From a virus (lineage: Duplodnaviria; Caudoviricetes), in IMG/VR virus record IMGVR_UViG_3300017780_001408, positions 1-24,211 of that record: 24,211 bases of DNA; one strand, given 5' to 3'. The notes under the pieces were generated by a model. The model ran no database searches. It was not told where the DNA came from and saw nothing but the letters and a program-made list of their open reading frames with translations. The position numbers and the translations under genes were made by a program. Shown in pieces: positions 8,062-14,114 of the stretch. Position 1 is the first letter of the stretch; each line of letters starts with the position of its first letter.

Positions 8062-9462
8062 TCAAGTCCAGACGTAATCAACTTTCTTGATCTCAACCGA
8101 CTTGCGCTGCCAGGAATCCCCAGTTACGTTACCGTCTGCGTGCAGGCACGCATACTGGTGCGCATCTGCAATGTGGGAATGCGAATTTTTCTCGGGCTTG
8201 TCGTCAGCCTCTCCATTTTGCCGGATTTTATACCGGTATCCGCCCCGAAGGGAAGCAATTAAATGTGTACATGACGGATCAATCAGGTGGGCGGGTTTAC
8301 CATCTACCGAACGAGTTAGCATCTTGTCCACTGCATTGATACGTGCCACAACACTGTTGGACTTGGCAGAAATCACCCGAAAACCCTCGGCTCGCAGGAT
8401 ATCGAACACCGACCGCTCGTCAGTCTGCGCCCTCTGCTGCCCTGCCGGGTCACCCACAATCAGGACATTCATCCCTGGAAACCTGTTGGCCAGCATGGGT
8501 TTGAGCTTCTCCCGGCAGAACCGCAGCGTCCCCATCCCTTCTGAGATTAGGTCGGCAAAGGTCAAGAACCTACCCTGGGCATCAACTTGGTTGATGGTAC
8601 ACGCAGGTGTCAGCCCAAAGTCCATCCCGATGATGAGCGGGTGCGTCTGGAGTTTGATGTAGTTCAGCGCCTGCTTGGCAACGTGTGTGTCCCGATCAAA
8701 CGCCTTGAACACCGGCTGTCCGCTCAGAGACTTACCAAACTCCCCGTGGACGTACACATCTATCCAGTCTTCCTTCTTGCCTTCGCACAAGTTCTCGTAG
8801 TAGTCATCCGGCAGGTACTGCACCCAGTCCGCCTCCTGCGACAACCCGCTGGGCTGTATGGTGACGTGCATGTTCTGGGGCGGCTCAGTGAGCATGGTCT
8901 CCCAAAACGTGTCCATGTCCGGCGGGTTGGTAGCCCCCCATACTTTGTGAATCTGTCTGCCCTGGTCGTCACACGCCCCAACGCCGTTCATCGTCTTGTC
9001 GGGATACCTACCCAGACGACCGGTGAGCGCGTTGTAAATGTCCGGGTTGATCTCCCGGAACTCGTCCATCACACCAAACGTCAGCTGCAACGAGAGCAAC
9101 CGGCGCACGTCGTTGGCGTCATCCAGTCCACGGAACAAGACTTCGCACTCCACGTCGTCAAACTTCAGCTGGAACTTGGAGTTCGTCTTCTCGAGTATCC
9201 CGGCTTCTCCGTCTGGATACCACTTCAAGAAGTCCGGTATGGTCGTGTCCCACAGCATCTGGCGGGTGTTACGAATGACAGCACACCTGCTGCGCCGTAT
9301 CCCATCAGGGGATGCTTTGACCCGCTTGGCTTCATAACCAATCTTGATGAGCGCCGCCGTGGTCTTGGTTGACCCCACCGGCCCCACGATAAAGTTGGAG
9401 AACTTGTCGGACGTCAGAAACGGAACCACCGATATGGGTGGTGTGTAGACAAGATTAGCCAT
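8062..9462 (-). CDS. terL: Terminase large subunit
   Basis: Walker A GPVGSTKT, Walker B GVMDE, motif III ATNPP, RNase H-like nuclease IIGMDFG..., GDPAG, SHIADAHQY. Confidence 0.95.
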   Translation of the reverse strand: MANLVYTPPISVVPFLTSDKFSNFIVGPVGSTKTTAALIKIGYEAKRVKASPDGIRRSRCAVIRNTRQMLWDTTIPDFLKWYPDGEAGILEKTNSKFQLKFDDVECEVLFRGLDDANDVRRLLSLQLTFGVMDEFREINPDIYNALTGRLGRYPDKTMNGVGACDDQGRQIHKVWGATNPPDMDTFWETMLTEPPQNMHVTIQPSGLSQEADWVQYLPDDYYENLCEGKKEDWIDVYVHGEFGKSLSGQPVFKAFDRDTHVAKQALNYIKLQTHPLIIGMDFGLTPACTINQVDAQGRFLTFADLISEGMGTLRFCREKLKPMLANRFPGMNVLIVGDPAGQQRAQTDERSVFDILRAEGFRVISAKSNSVVARINAVDKMLTRSVDGKPAHLIDPSCTHLIASLRGGYRYKIRQNGEADDKPEKNSHSHIADAHQYACLHADGNVTGDSWQRKSVEIKKVDYVWT

Positions 9463-9934
9463 CAATGGTCAGGGGCTGTGCCCCCTGCGGTATGTTTATC
9501 GTGATGCTGAATTTGGGTGTGGCGTTAAGCGCACTCGCGTCAACTTTCGGTGCTTTCAGTCCAGCTACGTCTGTCAGTGCGTTGAACACCGAGAGTTTTT
9601 GCAAGATCGTGGAGTCGTTGCTTATGGCCTGCTTGAACATCATGGACATCATCTCTTCAGCCATGAGTCCCGCCTTGAGGCGAAACGTCATCCCGTTGCG
9701 TTCAAAGTCCGACCGCTGCGCCTGTACAGCTGTGATAAACGGTGGCCACTGGGACAACCGCTCCCACTTCTCGCCTTCAAACCCAAACCTCTGGGCAATC
9801 AGCGCCGGGTCTTCCAACCCCGCAGCACACTCCCACACCAGCTGGGGCGGGATGTCCAACGTGACGTGCGCTTCTGGTGCGCTTGGTGAGAGCGCAAACT
9901 CTGTGTACTCAGAGTACTCGGTGAGGTCATCCAT
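9455..9934 (-). CDS. Terminase small subunit (putative)
   Basis: 159 aa from ATG 9934; directly upstream of and overlapping terL; HTH-like N-terminal part and C-terminal beta strand FSITINI. Confidence 0.65.
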   Translation of the reverse strand: MDDLTEYSEYTEFALSPSAPEAHVTLDIPPQLVWECAAGLEDPALIAQRFGFEGEKWERLSQWPPFITAVQAQRSDFERNGMTFRLKAGLMAEEMMSMMFKQAISNDSTILQKLSVFNALTDVAGLKAPKVDASALNATPKFSITINIPQGAQPLTIDG

Positions 9935-10061
9935 CGCGTTTGGCAAAGAACGCCACCAAGGCTTGTCGCACAACCTCAGACATCGGCACGCCTGTATCTT
10001 TAGTGTACGCCTTGAGCTTGTTGGCGAGGTCTTCGGGGAAGAAGAAGTTGTACCTGACCAC
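9927..10061 (-). CDS. Ribbon-helix-helix (CopG/Arc-like) DNA-binding protein
   Basis: 44 aa ORF missing from the ORF track: MVRYNFFFPEDLANKLKAYTKDTGVPMSEVVRQALVAFFAKRDG; alternating strand, helix-G-x-x-S-E-hh-R-x-A-L; GTG start 1 nt after upstream stop, overlaps terS start. Confidence 0.75.
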   Translation of the reverse strand: MVRYNFFFPEDLANKLKAYTKDTGVPMSEVVRQALVAFFAKRDG

Positions 10062-10062
10062 G

Positions 10063-10230
10063 TCAGTACTTGCCCTTCATGACTGGCTTACCAGCCTTTT
10101 TCATCTTGGCTTCTTCCATTTTCTCGCCTTTTTTGTACAGGGCGGGCGGCATCTTCTTCTCAGACTTCTCTTCTTTGGCAGTTTCTTTGCCTTTGAAGCG
10201 GGACATTAGGGCTGCGGGCATTTTGGCCAT
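10063..10230 (-). CDS. Lys/Glu/Met-rich small basic protein
   Basis: 55 aa ORF missing from track: MAKMPAALMSRFKGKETAKEEKSEKKMPPALYKKGEKMEEAKMKKAGKPVMKGKY; AGGAG RBS and promoter upstream. Confidence 0.75.
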   Translation of the reverse strand: MAKMPAALMSRFKGKETAKEEKSEKKMPPALYKKGEKMEEAKMKKAGKPVMKGKY

Positions 10231-10257
10231 GAGGTGCTCCTGGTGGTTGATGTATGT

Positions 10258-10285
10258 ATCTTAACGCGGAAATCAGATGAGTCAA
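10258..10285 (-). promoter_or_regulatory. Sigma70-type promoter for the packaging operon
   Basis: TTGACT (10285-10280) - 16 nt - TAAGAT (10263-10258), about 28 nt upstream of first ATG. Confidence 0.65.
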
Positions 10286-10485
10286 GTGCAGTAACGGGTA
10301 AGAAGCTCGCCTGCCAATTCGTTGAGCCTTGGCTTGAAAATCGGAAAACAACCAAGTCCTCCATCCCCGTTGCGCCGATTTAACAACTGCACGTTGAGAA
10401 GTATAGGGTGTTGGTGTCTCCCATAGGGCAGGGTTGGAATCAACTGAACGGAAGTTCCACGGGGCCAATCCGTTTACACCAACAC
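10286..10485 (-). ncRNA. Candidate structured non-coding RNA (two domains)
   Basis: 10-bp closing stem 10408-10417/10476-10485 enclosing three hairpins; second domain with stems 10286-10292/10386-10392 and 10293-10298/10366-10371 and a 7-bp pseudoknot 10338-10344/10375-10381; bracketed by two promoters. Confidence 0.55.
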
Positions 10486-10489
10486 AAAT

Positions 10490-10517
10490 ATGGTACGTGG
10501 GTGCGGGCGGATGTCAA
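10490..10517 (-). promoter_or_regulatory. Sigma70-type promoter for candidate ncRNA
   Basis: TTGACA (10517-10512) - 16 nt - TACCAT (10495-10490), AT-rich tract further upstream; predicted start falls at the 5' end of the closing stem. Confidence 0.65.
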
Positions 10518-10519
10518 GG

Positions 10520-10655
10520 GGGCGGGGTCGGGTATATAAATGTACGTAGTTGTATGTATATGAAAATTTTAGGTCTTGTAGTGTGTGAAGGGGGTAGAAG
10601 TGGGCACCCGTCCGCGTGTCCGTGTCCCTCCCCCCTGCCCGCCGCCGCCCATCGC
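10520..10655. other. Divergence point; candidate packaging site/genome terminus
   Basis: G-runs, AT tract, AAAATTTT, CCGCGTGTCCGTGTCC and CCG repeats just upstream of the terminase operon; positional inference only. Confidence 0.3.
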
Positions 10656-10670
10656 ACCATGTTGGCTGTT

Positions 10671-11224
10671 AGTGTAGGGTGATGATCGTATCCCCTACGC
10701 TGGCAACGATGCCAAGCATGATGCCCTTTGCATACCCTCTGGGGTTTGCCATTCTCCGGATTGTGGGTTGATTGTTTTGCTAGTCAGCACTGGTCATTAA
10801 AAATTTGTATTGGAATCCCATGCCGTGGCGGGCGTGGCTGAGTGTGAAGTAGTCGAAGGCACTCTGACTGCATTGAATTGATGCGGGATAAGCTCTGTGT
10901 GTAGTGTAGTAGCAAGTAGTAGGCTTGATGCGTGAAGTAAGCTGGCGGCAGAAGTGTCGTGCTGAAAATCGCATAGAACAGGCTTGACTGGCGACAAACC
11001 GCAAGCACGCACAACAACTTATACCACCATGATTCTTACGCACAACTGTATGGCGGTGCAAGACCGTATGCGGTATGTAATGTCCAATGGAATAGACATT
11101 GGCAAGTAGCGCCGACTTAAACGGGCGATGAGGTACGAACAGCGGACACCAAGAACAGCAAGTCCGAGTCCCCTGAATTCAGGGGGCATCATAGTGTGTA
11201 GTGACAGTATGCACTAAGTGTCCC
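10671..11224 (+). ncRNA. Candidate long structured RNA/leader preceding the first early gene
   Basis: No credible ORF; several hairpins with G-U pairs valid on + strand (10671-10701, 11182-11224), T-loop-like GCGGTGCAAGACCGT, 16-bp palindrome 11170-11185. Confidence 0.4.
10791..10804 (+). promoter_or_regulatory. boxA-like antitermination element
   Basis: TGGTCATTAAAAAT resembles rrn boxA TGCTCTTTAACAAT. Confidence 0.3.
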
Positions 11225-11249
11225 TTAACTTATTAACTTGGAGAATTTC

Positions 11250-11738
11250 ATGAATCAAATCACAATCACCCCTGCAATCGTCAATGTGTCTGGCAAGACC
11301 AAGGTCGAGCGTCAAGTGTCTGTTGTTCGCAACGCATCTCAGCAAGCATTGACCGCTTGTCTGTCACTCAAGGGTAAGGTGGGCAACGCTATCCGTGCCA
11401 ATGCCGCATCCGCTGGTTTGCTCGATGTTGCTGCGGCGTGTGTCAACTCAAACTACAAACCACTGGTCGAGATGCTCAGCATCCGCTTGGGTGAACCCAT
11501 GATTGTCAGTAACCGCGCATCGTTCGAATCACTGCCTGACTTGTTCGAAGCCCGCATCATGAAGGCAAAGCTGGCGAAGAACGATGGTATGCGCCTCGAC
11601 AAGAAGTCTGGTGCACTGGTTGCTGGTTCTAAGCTGGCAACTGAGATGGAATTGAAAGCACTGGTGACTGACATTATCCGTGCCGTCAACGAGTACCACG
11701 CTACCCGCAAGGCTGAACAGCAAGCTGTCGAAGCCTGA
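11250..11738 (+). CDS. Hypothetical early protein
   Basis: 162 aa from ATG 11250 with GGAG RBS; biased codon usage; A/K-rich. Confidence 0.8.
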   Translation: MNQITITPAIVNVSGKTKVERQVSVVRNASQQALTACLSLKGKVGNAIRANAASAGLLDVAAACVNSNYKPLVEMLSIRLGEPMIVSNRASFESLPDLFEARIMKAKLAKNDGMRLDKKSGALVAGSKLATEMELKALVTDIIRAVNEYHATRKAEQQAVEA

Positions 11739-11743
11739 TCCAC

Positions 11744-11772
11744 TGTCCCTGAGTACGGACGCAAACTGCTCA
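11744..11772 (+). other. H-type RNA pseudoknot in intergenic space
   Basis: S1 TGTCC/GGACG (11744-48/11757-61), S2 TGAGTA/TGCTCA (11750-55/11767-72), loops C, C, CAAAC. Confidence 0.45.
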
Positions 11773-11800
11773 TCACTCACTAACTTAACCGGAGAATCCA

Positions 11801-11989
11801 ATGCGTGTACATCTTTTGCCCAAAGGTCAGTCAATTGCCCCTATGCCACCCAAGCGTGTCAAGGATGCGATGTTTGACCACCGAGACATTCGCGGCCCCT
11901 TCTCTTTGCTGATCGCACCCACGCCGCCTCAAGTGCTCGTTGGTGGTGGATTCATGCGCGGCATGGCGACCAACAGATTGTGGGGCTGA
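11801..11989 (+). CDS. Hypothetical protein
   Basis: 62 aa; GGAGA RBS and AC-rich leader. Confidence 0.65.
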   Translation: MRVHLLPKGQSIAPMPPKRVKDAMFDHRDIRGPFSLLIAPTPPQVLVGGGFMRGMATNRLWG

Positions 11990-11991
11990 AT

Positions 11992-12354
11992 GTTAGTGGA
12001 CACTCACGAGAATATTCCAGGGGTGTCCAGCGGAATATTCACTGGAATATTCAGTATTACATAAAATATCCATAGGAATCAACCACTTATGTGTCCATGT
12101 AATACTCAATATTCCAATATTCCAATATTCCACATAGTCAGACGCCCTTACGCGAGAGATGATCAACGATTGTTGCGTGGGAGCGCGACATACACACAAT
12201 CCACAATATCTCAAAACCCGCCTGACCCTTTCCAAAATCTGGAATATTGGAATATTCCCGTTAGTGTTCACTAACCCCCTAGTATCCATGCGGGTTCTAG
12301 CGTAAGTGTCCACTCACGAGAATATTCCAACCCAATTTTCCACCGGAATATTCA
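11992..12354. repeat. Iteron-like repeat cluster; putative replication origin
   Basis: Ten AATATT cores (GGAATATTCC-like), 19-bp direct repeat 12001-12019/12311-12329, 17-bp inverted repeat 12116-12132/12240-12256, three GTTAGTGnnCACTAAC-like dyads. Confidence 0.7.
12077..12089 (+). promoter_or_regulatory. IHF-binding consensus site
   Basis: AATCAACCACTTA matches WATCAANNNNTTR exactly, inside the repeat cluster. Confidence 0.5.
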
Positions 12355-12448
12355 CCCCGCTTGGTGGTGTGCGGCGGCGTCCGCACCTATCATGCCGTCA
12401 ATCGACCGCTTGTTTCTAATCGGTCTCAATCACTTCTGCTTGGGCAGA

Positions 12449-12477
12449 AGCATAACAAATAAAATTCGGCAAGTCAA
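12449..12477 (-). promoter_or_regulatory. Strong leftward sigma70-type promoter facing the repeat cluster
   Basis: TTGACT (12477-12472) - 17 nt - TATGCT (12454-12449) with extended -10 TG. Confidence 0.6.
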
Positions 12478-12525
12478 GCGAATCAAGGGATTCCCCACTA
12501 ACTCACTCAACTATTGGAGCACCTC

Positions 12526-12705
12526 ATGGTAAACGACCTCATGTATCTTGAAGCTGACCACATTGTCACACCCCCCAACTACCTGTCCGAGTCCGATGAA
12601 GGGTTCACTTGGCGGTTCATGGATGACTTCAACCCGATGGATTCCCTTGGCCCCTTGGACGACCCCGATGCGTTCATGGCTGAGTACCTCAAACTGAAAG
12701 GCTGA
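12526..12705 (+). CDS. Small acidic hypothetical protein
   Basis: 59 aa from ATG 12526 with GGAG RBS; D/E-rich. Confidence 0.6.
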   Translation: MVNDLMYLEADHIVTPPNYLSESDEGFTWRFMDDFNPMDSLGPLDDPDAFMAEYLKLKG

Positions 12706-12707
12706 CC

Positions 12708-12926
12708 GTGGAAGACTACCACCTACCCATATGTACACACTGTTACGCAGTGCGTGTGGAACCACAACGAAGACACAATCCACGACCAACCTGTGCGTCC
12801 TGTGGTGAGAAGATAGCCCAGCAGCGCAAGCACACCGTGGTTCCCATGCCCAAATCAAACTACATAGCAGTGACAGACTTATCCCTGCTCAAGGGACTCA
12901 ACTCATCACACAAGGGGAGCAAATGA
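12708..12926 (+). CDS. Zn-ribbon protein
   Basis: 72 aa; CTHC...CASC; AAAGG RBS. Confidence 0.7.
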   Translation: MEDYHLPICTHCYAVRVEPQRRHNPRPTCASCGEKIAQQRKHTVVPMPKSNYIAVTDLSLLKGLNSSHKGSK

Positions 12927-13072
12927 TCACAGAACAGATGAAGCAAGAACAGGTAAGAGTACTCAAGAAGCTAGTGGCTCAACACCCAGACAGGGATGTG
13001 TCAGTGTGTTGGGATTGGGAATCAGTCATCCGTGGGCGTCCGCGCATGATCATCAAGAAGGGGAAATCATGA
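12923..13072 (+). CDS. Hypothetical protein
   Basis: 49 aa (MITEQMKQEQ...KKGKS), not in track; GGGGAG RBS, ATGA overlaps at both ends. Confidence 0.65.
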   Translation: MITEQMKQEQVRVLKKLVAQHPDRDVSVCWDWESVIRGRPRMIIKKGKS

Positions 13073-13245
13073 AAGGACTGTTCAAGAAGGCATACCTCGT
13101 TGGTCAGGGCGGGATGACCTGCGCGTGCTGCGCACCCAAGTCGGGTAACAAGTACGCCGCTCGTGCCAGACAGAAGATGGACAAGCAGGGCAAGCTCAGG
13201 CTCACTCGACTCATCAACCAACTCAACAAGGAGTTACCAGCATGA
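13069..13245 (+). CDS. Small basic protein with CxCC motif
   Basis: 58 aa from ATG 13069; GGMTCACCAP; ATGA overlaps. Confidence 0.65.
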   Translation: MKGLFKKAYLVGQGGMTCACCAPKSGNKYAARARQKMDKQGKLRLTRLINQLNKELPA

Positions 13246-13487
13246 AACTCAGAGACATACGGCGCAGGGCGCAGACGCCATACATAGCCATTGGAGATGG
13301 GCTGGTGTTCCTGCGTGACTACAAAGGCAAGCGATGCCGCACTTACGAACAAGGATGCCCATTGTGTGACAACTGGCGGTTCTATGACGAACATGGGCGG
13401 TATCCCTATGACTGGGACGAGTTGCACCAGTACATGGACATGCTCGAAGACGGCGAGACACCAGACTTTAGAAAGGTAGTGATATGA
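13242..13487 (+). CDS. Hypothetical protein (Cys-containing)
   Basis: 81 aa; AAGGAG RBS; C..YEQGCPLC motif. Confidence 0.7.
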   Translation: MKLRDIRRRAQTPYIAIGDGLVFLRDYKGKRCRTYEQGCPLCDNWRFYDEHGRYPYDWDELHQYMDMLEDGETPDFRKVVI

Positions 13488-13666
13488 ACGAGATCATCGT
13501 AGAACCACGCACGGTGTATGGCAACACAAACATATACCCCAAGTGTGAGAAGGCGAAATTGTTTGCTCAGTTGGTCAATCAAAAGACATTGACGCAAGAC
13601 AACCTAGACATCATCAAGAAGCTCGGGTATTCCATCCGAGCACAGTATGTTGAAGTTAACCTGTAA
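13484..13666 (+). CDS. Hypothetical phage protein
   Basis: 60 aa; VYGN..IYP.CEKAKLFA.L...KTLT......IKKLGY pattern seen in phage small proteins; ATGA overlap. Confidence 0.75.
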   Translation: MNEIIVEPRTVYGNTNIYPKCEKAKLFAQLVNQKTLTQDNLDIIKKLGYSIRAQYVEVNL

Positions 13667-13677
13667 GGACACCTATC

Positions 13678-14112
13678 ATGTTCCCAAGCCCCAAACATCG
13701 CGCAGTATTTCTCACAACCCTAAGCACACTGGGTGTCGCCAAGCTGCTTGTCAACTTCTCTGGAGGCGGTGACTCAGGCGACATTGAGAGTGTTGATGCG
13801 TACAACGCAGATATGAAAACAGAAATCCCACTAACTGCACAGATACCTTGGAGTTCTGAAGAAAAGTACTTCAACATGGACGAGGGCACATGGGAGAAAC
13901 GAACCAAAGAAGAGGTAATGACCCTTGAGAAGATTGCCAAAGAGTTGACCCTGCAAGCACTGGAAGCCCAAGGGTTGGACTGGTACAACAACGATGGGGG
14001 GCAAGGCACACTGGAGATTGACTTCGCAACCTCACCACCAACGATCACCTTGGATGTTGGCATCAACTACACATCCGTAGAAGAACATAGCTTTGACTTA
14101 AGCGAGGAGTAA
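13678..14112 (+). CDS. DUF6878-like protein
   Basis: 144 aa; V.FSGGGDSG.IE and DWYNNDGGQG motifs. Confidence 0.7.
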   Translation: MFPSPKHRAVFLTTLSTLGVAKLLVNFSGGGDSGDIESVDAYNADMKTEIPLTAQIPWSSEEKYFNMDEGTWEKRTKEEVMTLEKIAKELTLQALEAQGLDWYNNDGGQGTLEIDFATSPPTITLDVGINYTSVEEHSFDLSEE

Positions 14113-14114
14113 TC

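Noticed and set aside
8037-8065. Internal promoter for portal
   Set aside because: Perfect TTGACA but -10 (TACACC) lacks the conserved final T; not listed as a feature
309-10082. Long + strand ORFs opposite structural genes (e.g. 5824-6522, 8587-9372, 9465-10082)
   Set aside because: Antisense shadows of codon-biased genes; no motifs or RBS
10265-10300. Hammerhead ribozyme core (CAGATGAG near GAAA)
   Set aside because: Core should be CTGANGA followed by stem II and GAAA; sequence and order do not fit
10160-10468. 102-aa minus-strand ORF across the structured region
   Set aside because: TTG start, no RBS, overlaps an internal promoter and the better-supported 55-aa ORF
10408-10485. Canonical tRNA gene
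   Set aside because: No GTTCRA T-loop, no D-loop GG, no 7-nt anticodon loop, no CCA; kept only as tRNA-like candidate
10780-11061. Three overlapping minus-strand ORFs
   Set aside because: No RBS, atypical composition, mutually overlapping; G-U pairing favours a + strand RNA
11993-12313. ORFs of 106 aa (-) and 61 aa (+) in the repeat array
   Set aside because: Translations merely echo the DNA repeats (NIP/EYS/WNI); no RBS
11992-12354. CRISPR array interpretation of the AATATT repeats
   Set aside because: Repeats are 8-19 bp, irregularly spaced and in mixed orientation, without uniform unique spacers; no cas genes
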